Below the pieces are notes generated by a model. That model worked only from the letters and a program-made list of their open reading frames with translations, did not search any database and was not told where the DNA came from. Source: a virus (taxonomy: Duplodnaviria > Caudoviricetes). Taken from it: a DNA stretch of 38,937 nucleotides. The position numbers were made by a program, and so were the translations under genes. Below, one piece after another: positions 7,288 through 15,860 of this stretch (its first letter is position 1; every line of letters starts with the position of its first letter). The stretch is from IMG/VR virus record IMGVR_UViG_3300032024_000415, positions 1-38,937 of that record; one strand, written 5' to 3'.

Positions 7288-7599
7288 ATGAGCGAGGAAA
7301 CACTTAATGACTATGCTTTATCGCTTGCTGGAAATGAGTTTGTAGTGGCGCTTAAGGAAGGCGGCATTTCTGAAAAACATATAGCCGCTACTTCCAGAAT
7401 CATTGCTGCGGTAAATGGTGCAAGCCTGGGGCTTCTTGAAGATGCCGTGGAAGAAATAGGCCGTGTGCTGTTACTGCTTGAGATTTCCCATAATAGTGCG
7501 ATTGAGGATGATGAAGTGTTGATGAAGCGTATTCTTAACGCCGTCAGCCCCGCCGTATTTCATATGGCCACTGGGCGGCCCGTAAAGAATATTAAATAA
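7288..7599 (+). CDS. Hypothetical protein (immunity-region moron)
   Basis: G-rich RBS before ATG 7288; plausible helical protein; overlaps a minus-strand ORF. Confidence 0.5.
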   Translation: MSEETLNDYALSLAGNEFVVALKEGGISEKHIAATSRIIAAVNGASLGLLEDAVEEIGRVLLLLEISHNSAIEDDEVLMKRILNAVSPAVFHMATGRPVKNIK

Positions 7600-7776
7600 T
7601 GTGCCGATTTTTCTGGCTTGCTTTAACGCATACTCATCTTCTGTTATTTCTTGTTGCAAATCTTTCAAAGTCATTTGCACCTTGGTTTTTGATGTTTCTT
7701 TTATTTTATAATCGGGTGGATTGTTGACTAAATTCTCGACTGCCAATAAAAGCTTATTTACTTTTTCGATGTCCAT
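7471..7776 (-). CDS. Hypothetical protein
   Basis: AAGGA upstream of ATG; coiled-coil-like N-terminal 60 aa; 3' part overlaps 7288..7599. Confidence 0.45.
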   Translation of the reverse strand: MDIEKVNKLLLAVENLVNNPPDYKIKETSKTKVQMTLKDLQQEITEDEYALKQARKIGTLFNILYGPPSGHMKYGGADGVKNTLHQHFIILNRTIMGNLKQ

Positions 7777-7799
7777 TTGTGATCCTTGGGTTGCCCAAC

Positions 7800-8054
7800 C
7801 TACGGCTTAACTTTAGCTACTTTAGCTTCTGCGCAGTTAGTATTGCTTCCATTAACGTAGCTACAAACGTAAGTTTTCCCGCCGCACTCGGCAGTCCATT
7901 CATGCGTACCTCTTATACTTGCCTGTTCATCTGTTATTTTTATGTCATCAGATTTGCAGCCGATTACACCCGATGATAATGATTTTGAGACCCCTGCCGA
8001 TGTACAACCGGCGAGCATCAATACCACTGCAATCATTATTAATTTAGTTTTCAT
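7800..8054 (-). CDS. Small Cys-rich lipoprotein (superinfection-exclusion candidate)
   Basis: MKTK + hydrophobic core + LAGC lipobox; AAGGA RBS; four further Cys. Confidence 0.75.
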   Translation of the reverse strand: MKTKLIMIAVVLMLAGCTSAGVSKSLSSGVIGCKSDDIKITDEQASIRGTHEWTAECGGKTYVCSYVNGSNTNCAEAKVAKVKP

Positions 8055-8244
8055 TGTTAATATCCTTAGTTAATTTTGTTCCCGGTAATTATGGAGCCGA
8101 ACTAAACAGGCCTTGGCTGACCGTTACAACAGGAAAGAAGACGGTCACCTGCTCAGTTCGACATAATGGTGGGTTACGCTACACTAACCTACGGCGCTGT
8201 CGGTAATCCAGAAGCGGTTAATGTAAATAATATTTTCATAGTAA

Positions 8245-9078
8245 TCATATGATTGCTTTAAAAATAAAATACATGAGTGCCAAAAGCGCAATTAGAATTA
8301 TTGGTCCAGCTAAGTTTATAGTGGTATCTCCATTTTGGAGGTTTGTCGATATTGCCGGGCGTCCATAGTCTGAATCGCTTCTATAAAAATATATTTGAAC
8401 GACCGGTATCGGCGACTCGTAGCCCAGCATTTTTGTACAAAGCGCTTCATATTTGGAATTGCCATCAAGAGCTTGAGCAACTTCTTCGGCATAAAATTCT
8501 GGTACAAAGCCAATGTGATGGCCTTTTTTAGTAAAAATTTTAACAGCGTTTTTGCTGAATTTATTCGATTTGTCTCGTTGTAAAATTACGTCATCATTTA
8601 TATGAACATGTTTTTCAATTAGCTGTGGCCTATTATCAATTTTGCATCCTGCAACCATGAAGTTGGCAGATAGAATGTTTTTGTTGCGTTGGTTTTCATT
8701 TTTAATGTGCTGTTTTTCCTCTTGGCATCGTAGCCTTTCAGCTACTTTTATTTCTGCTTCCAGGGCTTTTCGATTTCCAGATGCTTTTTTACGATCAACA
8801 ATGGGCAGAACTTGCTCTATGGCCTTATACAGTATTTTTTTGTCTTGGTATTCACTGGCCCGGTTGTCGAAATGCAATAAAATGGCGCTGTTTAGGTGGT
8901 CGAAAGCGAATATATCAGTATGTAATTTTTCGGTAACTAGGTGTTGTAGTCGATTAATCTCATCGTCTGACAGCATGCCATCCTCAGTCAAATCAAGACA
9001 AAGCGCTATTAATTCTTTGCCTTCATCAGTATTACATTGAGCTTTTGTCAGGGAAATTCTTTTTTTTTCGTCTTCCAT
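8245..9078 (-). CDS. HIRAN-domain protein with C-terminal membrane anchor
   Basis: FMVAG...VILQRDKSNKFSKNAVKIF...HIGFVP HIRAN pattern; hydrophobic C-terminus; AT-rich. Confidence 0.75.
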   Translation of the reverse strand: MEDEKKRISLTKAQCNTDEGKELIALCLDLTEDGMLSDDEINRLQHLVTEKLHTDIFAFDHLNSAILLHFDNRASEYQDKKILYKAIEQVLPIVDRKKASGNRKALEAEIKVAERLRCQEEKQHIKNENQRNKNILSANFMVAGCKIDNRPQLIEKHVHINDDVILQRDKSNKFSKNAVKIFTKKGHHIGFVPEFYAEEVAQALDGNSKYEALCTKMLGYESPIPVVQIYFYRSDSDYGRPAISTNLQNGDTTINLAGPIILIALLALMYFIFKAII

Positions 9079-9150
9079 TGATTATCCATTTTAGATGTAA
9101 TTTACATTTAATAAGCAATAACTTACGCCATAGTTGATGCGCCAGCGTCT

Positions 9151-9882
9151 TTAAATCACGGTGCTTTGCCGGTGCACAATCTGTCCAATCATTATGCAAA
9201 TTTCGGCAGAACATAGTTTATCCGGGTACCGGTTTTTATCAGGATTGTCTGACCTTAAAAACCATTGCCCACTGTCGCGGTGCATCCGTTTTATAATCAG
9301 TTCACCCTCATAGTTGATGGCAAACACCTCGCCATCAATCGGGCTGCTTGATTCCGTATTAATCACCACGCTATCGCCCGAATAAAGCCGAGGCTCCATG
9401 GAATCGCCGGTAATTCTACAAGCAATAAGCTTGCTTGGTTTTAGCTTATGACTGCGAAACCAATCCTCGCGGAAGAATATGGGTCGTAATTCCTCATCAA
9501 GGTATTCAATCGAATATCCCGAAACACCGGCTTCCAACTTGAAACTTCCAAAATGGACGGCTACCAGATCATTGCCTGGCGGCTGTGCGGTTCTTTCTGG
9601 ACTGGGTAATACTTCGCGCACGGCGTGGCTGTCGATGTAGTCGCCTTCGACTGCTTCATGCGGAACATCCATCCATCCGCGATGGCGTACCTTTGATTCA
9701 TAAATAGTCTCTAAAATTTCATCGCTAATGTTCTTCTTTCCTTTTTTACCTTCTACATACAAGCATCTATTTATGTATGTAGAGTCCTTTCCGATTTTCC
9801 TGGCAAGTGCTGACGCATTACCACTGAAATCCCTTTCAATGATGCGCTTTAAATTTAGTCGTCTTATTTCAAATATATCCAT
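9151..9882 (-). CDS. cI: CI-like repressor (HTH + S24 autopeptidase)
   Basis: IRRLNL...ALARKIG HTH; GDSMEP serine and IIKR lysine; divergent from cro. Confidence 0.93.
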   Translation of the reverse strand: MDIFEIRRLNLKRIIERDFSGNASALARKIGKDSTYINRCLYVEGKKGKKNISDEILETIYESKVRHRGWMDVPHEAVEGDYIDSHAVREVLPSPERTAQPPGNDLVAVHFGSFKLEAGVSGYSIEYLDEELRPIFFREDWFRSHKLKPSKLIACRITGDSMEPRLYSGDSVVINTESSSPIDGEVFAINYEGELIIKRMHRDSGQWFLRSDNPDKNRYPDKLCSAEICIMIGQIVHRQSTVI

Positions 9883-9902
9883 AGAACAATATTCGCCTAA
9901 AT

Positions 9903-9959
9903 ATTACCTAAAGGAAACGGCCCATGGGTATTGACTTTAAGAATACCCACGGGTATTAT
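9903..9959 (+). promoter_or_regulatory. pR promoter and OR operators
   Basis: TTGACT (9931-9936)-17 nt-TATTAT (9954-9959); palindrome AATACCC-AC-GGGTATT (9942-9957), related sites near 9919-9932 and 9903-9916. Confidence 0.85.
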
Positions 9960-9964
9960 GTGAC

Positions 9965-10222
9965 ATGGAAAAATTACGCTTATACATCAACTCACTGTCA
10001 CAAGAGGACCGGGAAGCTTTTGAAAGGGCTTGCGGTACATCTATTGGCTATCTAAGAAAAGCCATTTCATTGGGCCAGAAATTCGATGGCGCCCTTTGCC
10101 GGCTTCTTGATGAAAACTCTTATGGAGAAGTCCGCAAGGAAGAGTTGCGCCCGGACATCTGGCCTGAGTTGATCTCAGCCACTTATCAAAGGCGTCAAGT
10201 CAAAGACCGGCGCTCGGCCTGA
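9965..10222 (+). CDS. cro: Cro-like (YdaS-type) regulator
   Basis: CGTSIGYLRK...ELRPDIWPEL; divergent from cI. Confidence 0.85.
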   Translation: MEKLRLYINSLSQEDREAFERACGTSIGYLRKAISLGQKFDGALCRLLDENSYGEVRKEELRPDIWPELISATYQRRQVKDRRSA

Positions 10223-10305
10223 TAACACCTAGGCTCATGGTGCCGTTAATTTTAATCCGTCCGTCATGTTTTGAAATACGGACAAGTACTTAGGTGGAGT
10301 TACGT

Positions 10306-10608
10306 ATGTTGATAAGCGAGCCTGAGTTTAAGGATCGTCTGGGTGCTGCGATTTTTATCATCGCGGTTGGCGCTGAGAATACGGGGGTTATGACGTGCCA
10401 AAAGCTGATGTGGCCTTATACCGAATATGAGATTGGTGATGTCAAGCGTGCTTCGGCTAGGCTGGTGGCCAGTGTCCATACTGCTCTGCTAGCAACCTTG
10501 CCTCCTCCTCAGATTGAGCTGATTTCGAAAGATTTATCCTCGTACCTGTCTTTTGCGGTAGGAGACGGATGGCCTGATGAAAAAAGCCCGTCTCAGGAAG
10601 ACGGATAA
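10306..10608 (+). CDS. Hypothetical protein
   Basis: GGAG RBS then ATG 10306; overlapped at its 3' end by an antisense ORF. Confidence 0.45.
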   Translation: MLISEPEFKDRLGAAIFIIAVGAENTGVMTCQKLMWPYTEYEIGDVKRASARLVASVHTALLATLPPPQIELISKDLSSYLSFAVGDGWPDEKSPSQEDG

Positions 10609-10699
10609 CATCGCCCGCCATAACCGGTGATTCGGATTCATAAGTTTTTGGGTCGGAATCATCATGGTCGGCAAGATAGTAAAGGCGGTATTTATGCAC
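10457..10699 (-). CDS. Hypothetical protein, antisense to the pR operon
   Basis: AGGAGG 7 nt upstream of GTG 10699. Confidence 0.55.
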   Translation of the reverse strand: MHKYRLYYLADHDDSDPKTYESESPVMAGDVIRLPETGFFHQAIRLLPQKTGTRINLSKSAQSEEEARLLAEQYGHWPPA

Positions 10700-10792
10700 G
10701 GCGTAGCCTCCTAAATAATTAAGCATAGCAGTTAATTTTAAACACCCAGGCCGTATCTAGTAATACGACTGATTACCTAAGTGGAGTTACGT

Positions 10793-10963
10793 ATGACAAG
10801 TATTAACGCGGTGTTGGCACTGTCGCCGGTGCTGGTTTTATTGATGATCCTGTCTGTGATCCTGGCGGTTTTTATGGTCGCCTGCGCGCTGCTGGTTATT
10901 TTCAACGGGGCAAGCGCTTGGATCGATCGCCGTTTTGAGGCGCTGTTTGAGGATATGGGGTGA
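10793..10963 (+). CDS. Small membrane protein
   Basis: GGAG RBS; long hydrophobic stretch. Confidence 0.55.
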   Translation: MTSINAVLALSPVLVLLMILSVILAVFMVACALLVIFNGASAWIDRRFEALFEDMG

Positions 10964-11037
10964 TGGCGGTCATCGTGATTTTTAGTGTGTTATGGGTGGC
11001 GTTTATTGCGTCGATTATGTTGGGCGGCAGGCGATGA
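10963..11037 (+). CDS. 24-aa hydrophobic peptide (not in ORF track)
   Basis: MAVIVIFSVLWVAFIASIMLGGRR; TGATG and ATGA overlaps with both neighbours. Confidence 0.45.
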   Translation: MAVIVIFSVLWVAFIASIMLGGRR

Positions 11038-11261
11038 GCGCTGAGAGCGCTGAGCAGCAAAAAGGTCGGCTGTCGCTGTTGACATCGATCGGCAAGGAGA
11101 TTGCGGCGCATGAGCGCTCATTGGTTGAGCTCAGGCAGATTGAAAAGAAGTTGGTACGACAGTATGAGCGCAGCAAGTGCGCTGATGAGATTGATTATTT
11201 ACGGACTCAACTGGCGGTCAAGGGTTGGGATGTTGAATTTGAATTTAATAAGGCGGGTTGA
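11034..11261 (+). CDS. Hypothetical coiled-coil protein
   Basis: Coupled start/stop on both sides. Confidence 0.55.
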   Translation: MSAESAEQQKGRLSLLTSIGKEIAAHERSLVELRQIEKKLVRQYERSKCADEIDYLRTQLAVKGWDVEFEFNKAG

Positions 11262-11872
11262 TAGTGACGTTATTAGTGGGTATTACAGGCAGGGCTGGTG
11301 CGGGTAAGTCGTTAGTGGCTGATAGGCTGGTGAGTCTGGCTGATTATGATGTGGTTTCGTTTGCCACGCCGATCAAGCAGCTGGCCTCGGCGCTGCTGGT
11401 TGATAATTTCGGCTTTAGCCAGGCCGATGTGGATTTTTGTATGGGCCATAAGGCGACGAAGATCCCGGCTCTGGGCGTGTCGATGCGGCATTTGCTGCAA
11501 ACTCTTGGCACGGATTGGGGCCGACATATGATACGTCCCGATTTGTGGCTGAATATCGCCGAGGACAAGATCGCCGGGCAGCTGGAATCGACCAGCGTGG
11601 TGGTTGATGATATTCGCTTTGAGGCTGAGGCGGCGATGATTCGTAACTTCGGCGGGCTGGTTATCCATTTGGTCAGACCCGGCGGGCATTTTACCGATAA
11701 ACATGCCAGTGAGTCGGGTATTGCGGTGCAGCCCGGGGATGTGGTGATCGTCAATGACGGCAGCATTTTGGAGTTGATCTGGGCGGTTGGGCAGGCGCTG
11801 GAGCGGTTTAGATCCGGGTCTGATCGGGTGTTGGAGTTGTGTAATACGCCGAGCTGGAGTTATAGCGCATGA
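11258..11872 (+). CDS. Deoxynucleoside monophosphate kinase (phage type)
   Basis: GITGRAGAGKS P-loop, SFATPIK, RHLLQTLGTDWGR, DDIRFEAE. Confidence 0.88.
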   Translation: MIVTLLVGITGRAGAGKSLVADRLVSLADYDVVSFATPIKQLASALLVDNFGFSQADVDFCMGHKATKIPALGVSMRHLLQTLGTDWGRHMIRPDLWLNIAEDKIAGQLESTSVVVDDIRFEAEAAMIRNFGGLVIHLVRPGGHFTDKHASESGIAVQPGDVVIVNDGSILELIWAVGQALERFRSGSDRVLELCNTPSWSYSA

Positions 11873-12372
11873 GTATTGAGCAAGCTGTTAGCCGCGAGAT
11901 TTTATCTGCATTGGCGGGTAACCCCAAGGGCATGCGCCGGCGCGAGTTGTTCCCGCTATGCGATTCTGCGGGTGAACCTATCGAGGTGAGTAATGCACTC
12001 CGGGAATTAATTAAGGAGGGATTGATTGAGGTTGTGGTTGAGCGTAACGGCAATCAAGGACCGGCTTACGCAAGGACTAATGCTGATGCAGTTGAACAGG
12101 AAATTGTTGAGCTGATCCATGCCGATCCAGTCCTGCTTAATGAACCGGTAAACGAAAACCCGGTACTGGATTTAGATACTGATCCTGACCCCGATCACTT
12201 TGATCTGATCATTAAAAGCCTGGTGGCTATCAAGGCGCAAGCCAAGCCGGTGCGCGTGATCGATGATATGGATCTTAAACTGCAATGCCTGAACCGATTG
12301 CAATCGCTGCTTAACCCGGATGTCGCCGAGATTTTAAGCGCGATTGCGGTTGATCTTGAGGCGACCTACTGA
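11869..12372 (+). CDS. Hypothetical protein with N-terminal winged-HTH-like segment
   Basis: ILSALA...GMRRRELF...VSNALRELIKEGLIE. Confidence 0.6.
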   Translation: MSIEQAVSREILSALAGNPKGMRRRELFPLCDSAGEPIEVSNALRELIKEGLIEVVVERNGNQGPAYARTNADAVEQEIVELIHADPVLLNEPVNENPVLDLDTDPDPDHFDLIIKSLVAIKAQAKPVRVIDDMDLKLQCLNRLQSLLNPDVAEILSAIAVDLEATY

Positions 12373-12563
12373 TGCCCTCCACCGGTGAGTATCGGATCGA
12401 TTGCTTCGATGCGGGTGGTCAGTTGATCCCTGAAGCCTCATTCCCCGAGTCCTCGTTGTGCCGTGCTCGGCAGCTTGGCGAGCGGCAATTAAAGCTACAC
12501 CTCGGGCATGCGGTCAGTTTTACGGTGATGCGCTGTATTTTTAATTCTCTGGATGAGTTTTAA
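12372..12563 (+). CDS. Hypothetical protein
   Basis: TGATG coupling; fills the gap before the initiator. Confidence 0.55.
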   Translation: MPSTGEYRIDCFDAGGQLIPEASFPESSLCRARQLGERQLKLHLGHAVSFTVMRCIFNSLDEF

Positions 12564-12565
12564 GG

Positions 12566-13396
12566 ATGGATATTTTCTCGATCATGCCTGTTGAGGTGTT
12601 TGCGGATGATCGGCTGTCAAAGACTGATTTGCGCGTATTGGGTGCAATTTTGTCGTTTCGTAACAGGAATACAAATTTATGCTGGCCGAAACGCGAGCAA
12701 ATAGCTGAACGCTGCATGCTGTCCGTCTGCAAGATTTCAACGGCGACGACTCATTTGGTGGCGCTGGGCTGGTTGGAAAAGCTGGGTGATGGTGGCAGGT
12801 CTAGGCCATCACATTACAGGTTGATTGTGCCTGTTTTTCTAACGGAAAGAGTTACCAAATCAGTCGCTAAAACGGTTCCTGATTCGGGAACGGTTCCTGA
12901 TTCGGGAACGGTTCCTGATTCGGGAACTAAAACGGTTCCTGATTCGGGAACGGGCATAGAACAGACCAATGAACAGACCAAAGTAACTACTACTACTTGC
13001 GCGAAGACGAAAAGTTCGAAAATTAATACAAAACCAAAAGCGGGTATTTCTCGCGATTGGAGACCCGGCGACAGGTGCATTGAACTCATTGCACGAGCAG
13101 GGATCAGCAAAGCATTCGCTGACGGGTTAGTTGATGAGTTTATTTTGTACTGGGAAGAGAGAGGCGATAAACGCTCCGGCTGGGAAGCCACCTTTGTCAA
13201 TCATGCAAAAACACAATTTGAACGGTCGCAACAAAAAAACTCGAGGGGGGGTTATGACGCAAACAACGCAAACGCTAAAGCCGGTTATGGCTCTGGTAGG
13301 AAATTATCGCTCGTTGAGCAGGCCCAGCGAGACTGTGAGCGGTTCGATGAGCGCGAGCGCAGTGATCGAGAATGCCGCGAGCGAGCTGTCAACTGA
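12566..13396 (+). CDS. Replication initiator (O-like; N-terminal HTH, C-terminal DnaT-like domain)
   Basis: LCWPKREQIAE...LVALGWL HTH; DWRP...EFILYW...WEATF; internal iterons. Confidence 0.85.
   Translation: MDIFSIMPVEVFADDRLSKTDLRVLGAILSFRNRNTNLCWPKREQIAERCMLSVCKISTATTHLVALGWLEKLGDGGRSRPSHYRLIVPVFLTERVTKSVAKTVPDSGTVPDSGTVPDSGTKTVPDSGTGIEQTNEQTKVTTTTCAKTKSSKINTKPKAGISRDWRPGDRCIELIARAGISKAFADGLVDEFILYWEERGDKRSGWEATFVNHAKTQFERSQQKNSRGGYDANNANAKAGYGSGRKLSLVEQAQRDCERFDERERSDRECRERAVN
12871..12948 (+). repeat. Replication-origin iterons, 4 x AACGGTTCCTGATTCGGG
   Basis: Copies start at 12871, 12889, 12907 and 12931 inside the initiator gene, followed by an A-rich tract. Confidence 0.88.
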
Positions 13397-13976
13397 TCTT
13401 CTGGGAGACCGGGCTATGCTACGTATCTGGGTCAGGATGTTGGCTATCTACGGCCACAGGTGGGCCAGCCATTTAGGCTCTGCGGTTGATGATAAAGGGC
13501 TGTTGTCAGAATCGGCGAGAACGTGGCAATCCGGTTTGCGCGGTGTGGCTCAGGGTGATCTCAAGTCGGCGTTTGATGTGCTGGTGCTGAAGTCTCACGA
13601 CTGGCCACCGTCATTGCCCGAGTTTAGGCGGCTGTGTTTGTCGAAATTAACGGCGGGTGCTCCTGCGTTGGCCGAGGTTGTTGCTGTGTTGGTGATGGTG
13701 TCAAGTCGTCGAGGCTCGTTGGTTGATCGCTATAGGCATCCGTTGGTGCTGGCTGTTGCTCAGCATGAGGCTGTCGATATGTTTGCTATGCGTACGGCTA
13801 AGACGGTTGATGCTAAGCGCATGGTCCAGCCTGTGTACGATGCGTTGCTGGCGAGTGGTTGGATGGATTGGCCTGAGCACGCTCATGAGGATCAGGCGGT
13901 GCTCGGGTTTGCAAGGCCGGTGCAAAGTAAGTCGGCGGCATTGTCGGCGCTGAATGCGATCAGGGCGGCGCTGTAA
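13254..13976 (+). CDS. Replication protein P-like (helicase loader)
   Basis: Follows and overlaps O; YGHRW...WPPSLPEFRRLC motif. Confidence 0.7.
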   Translation: MTQTTQTLKPVMALVGNYRSLSRPSETVSGSMSASAVIENAASELSTDLLGDRAMLRIWVRMLAIYGHRWASHLGSAVDDKGLLSESARTWQSGLRGVAQGDLKSAFDVLVLKSHDWPPSLPEFRRLCLSKLTAGAPALAEVVAVLVMVSSRRGSLVDRYRHPLVLAVAQHEAVDMFAMRTAKTVDAKRMVQPVYDALLASGWMDWPEHAHEDQAVLGFARPVQSKSAALSALNAIRAAL

Positions 13977-14269
13977 TGTCTGAGTTGGGTGGTCGTATTG
14001 ATGCGATTGCCGATAGGGTCAGGGCTAAGCATGCGGCTGATCGTGTAGCTAGGTCTGCTGCTGTTGAGGTTCGTGCTGCTGATGTTGAGCAACGGCGAGC
14101 TGAGTTGCGGGAGGCGATGCCTGAGATTGCGGGTGTGGTTGATATGTTTCGCAACGCCGGTGTTGAGGTTAAGGTGCTGGCGGCTGCTGAGAATGGCCGG
14201 GTGGTGGTTAATCGCGCGGCTTGTGTGCGGATGGGTGTTGATGTGTCGGGTTATGTGTCAGAAAACTGA
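13976..14269 (+). CDS. Hypothetical protein
   Basis: TAATG coupling; LREAMPEIAGVVD...AAENG pattern. Confidence 0.6.
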   Translation: MSELGGRIDAIADRVRAKHAADRVARSAAVEVRAADVEQRRAELREAMPEIAGVVDMFRNAGVEVKVLAAAENGRVVVNRAACVRMGVDVSGYVSEN

Positions 14270-14591
14270 TTTGGCATTTTGGTATATGCGCTCGAAGTAT
14301 TGCTCGTGGTGGGTTCGGCGTGTGGCTACGCCTGAGTTGTTTGATGCTGAGTATGCGCAATGGGCTAAGGCGTTGGAGTTGTATTCGATTAAGCAAGTCA
14401 GGGATGCGGCGTTTGTGTGTCGGCGGGACTTTAAGTTTCGTCCACCCACTGCGGTGGAGTTTGCGAGGTTGATGGATAGGCGGGTGGGTCGTCCGGTTGA
14501 TTACGTTACGGGTAGGCGGTTTGATGCTCCGGTGCATGGTGATGTGTCGAGAAAGCACTTGAGTGAGATTAAATTATTGTTGATGAGGTGA
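14253..14591 (+). CDS. Hypothetical protein with P/G39P-like PPTxxEF motif
   Basis: WAKALELY...FRPPTAVEFARL; start uncertain. Confidence 0.5.
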   Translation: MCQKTDLAFWYMRSKYCSWWVRRVATPELFDAEYAQWAKALELYSIKQVRDAAFVCRRDFKFRPPTAVEFARLMDRRVGRPVDYVTGRRFDAPVHGDVSRKHLSEIKLLLMR

Positions 14592-14685
14592 TTGGTATCG
14601 GTACCGGATGCTAATCGGCTGGGTTTTGGTGGATTAGTATCGATATCATGATGTAATTATTTTGCAGTTGGACAAAGGGTGGTTG

Positions 14686-15057
14686 ATGATGTGCAAAACA
14701 ATGGATACGGGCGAGGCGTGTTTGAAAGATTGGGGACATTGGGCGGCGATGGACGGCACGATCAGGCGTTTGGGGTATCCGAGTTGCAGTGCTGAGCAGA
14801 TGGCAGGTCATGTGTCTGGTGGTGGTGATTATGAGGTGAATGCGGTTGCCGAGTTGGTTGATCGACTGTTGAAGGAGTTGCTGGAGGACAGGAAGCGGGT
14901 GGTCGCTAAGTTGTTTTATATCGACCGGCTGCCGATGGGTAAGGTAGCACAAGGAGCGGGTGCTGTTGTTGGTAGATCTTTGACGGTTGATATGGTCAGG
15001 AATGATTTGAACTCGATCCGGTCGATAGTCGGCGGGGTTGTTTTGTGGATTGATTGA
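14686..15057 (+). CDS. Antiterminator Q-like protein
   Basis: LKDWGHWA...LGYP motif, C-terminal sigma4-like HTH, directly upstream of a promoter-terminator pair. Confidence 0.7.
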   Translation: MMCKTMDTGEACLKDWGHWAAMDGTIRRLGYPSCSAEQMAGHVSGGGDYEVNAVAELVDRLLKELLEDRKRVVAKLFYIDRLPMGKVAQGAGAVVGRSLTVDMVRNDLNSIRSIVGGVVLWID

Positions 15058-15067
15058 AAAATAGTTG

Positions 15068-15096
15068 TTGACCATGCCTATGGTAAGTTGTAAGAT
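15068..15096 (+). promoter_or_regulatory. Late promoter pR'
   Basis: TTGACC-17 nt-TAAGAT immediately after the Q-like gene. Confidence 0.7.
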
Positions 15097-15110
15097 TTGT
15101 CACCATCTAA

Positions 15111-15144
15111 AAGCTCGTCTGGATTATTCAGACGGGCTTTTTTT
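15111..15144 (+). terminator. tR'-like terminator
   Basis: AAGCTCGTCTG-loop-CAGACGGGCTT followed by T run. Confidence 0.8.
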
Positions 15145-15166
15145 ATGCCTAACGATAAGGGATTAT

Positions 15167-15406
15167 ATGACTCAACCCATTGAAAGCGTAACGAGTTTGT
15201 CTGATTATGGGATGAGTGGTTTGATCATTACTGCGCTGTTTGCCTTTGTTCATTTTTTGATCAAAGAACATCGCTCGGAACGTAAAGAATGGATCACGGC
15301 ATACCGCGAGCAGTCATCATTGATGGATGAGCGGCAGAGCGAGACCAATGGTGTAATCCGCGAGCTGGTCTCGGTTGTTCGTGAGTCTAATGCGCGGATG
15401 CGGTAA
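15167..15406 (+). CDS. Single-TM membrane protein (holin/antiholin-like)
   Basis: YGMSGLIITALFAFVHFLI then charged coiled coil; first late gene. Confidence 0.55.
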   Translation: MTQPIESVTSLSDYGMSGLIITALFAFVHFLIKEHRSERKEWITAYREQSSLMDERQSETNGVIRELVSVVRESNARMR

Positions 15407-15807
15407 TGGCCCGTAACGCTAAGCATCCCTGCAGGTCCAGTCATTGCGGTAAGCTGCTGGATAAACCTGGTTACTGTGATCAGCATCATATCGAGCATGC
15501 AGTCGTTGATCGCCGCGAGGCTTACAAAGTACAGAAGCTGGCAGTCACTGAGGATTACAAGGAACGTAATCGTTTCTATCAGCGGTCGACATGGAAGAAG
15601 ATTCGAGCAGCTCAACTCAGGATCGAGCCTTTGTGTCGTACCTGTCGCGGCTTGGGCAGGTTGGTCGAGGCTACGGTGGTCGATCATGTCATCCCGATCA
15701 GCATTGGCGGTGAGCCATTAGAGTTAAGTAACTTGCAGAGTTTATGCAAGCCGCACCACGATGCCAAGACCCGAAGCGAAGGCAGGGAGGGGCGGTCAAA
15801 TCTCTAG
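15406..15807 (+). CDS. HNH endonuclease (HK97 gp74-like packaging cofactor)
   Basis: EPLCRTC...VVDHVIP...NLQSLCKPHHDAKT upstream of terS. Confidence 0.9.
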   Translation: MARNAKHPCRSSHCGKLLDKPGYCDQHHIEHAVVDRREAYKVQKLAVTEDYKERNRFYQRSTWKKIRAAQLRIEPLCRTCRGLGRLVEATVVDHVIPISIGGEPLELSNLQSLCKPHHDAKTRSEGREGRSNL

Positions 15808-15860
15808 CCGTCCTTATGCCCCTTTGCGTCGCCCTAGCTTTATTTTTACGTGGGATTGGC
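15785..15860. other. Probable cos packaging region
   Basis: Position between HNH and terS; GGGGCGGTCAAATCTCT resembles sequence preceding 3'-cos sites of HK97-like phages; cut site not resolvable. Confidence 0.4.

Noticed and set aside
12871-12948. 18-bp repeats as a CRISPR array
   Set aside because: Head-to-tail with no unique spacers, inside the initiator gene: iterons
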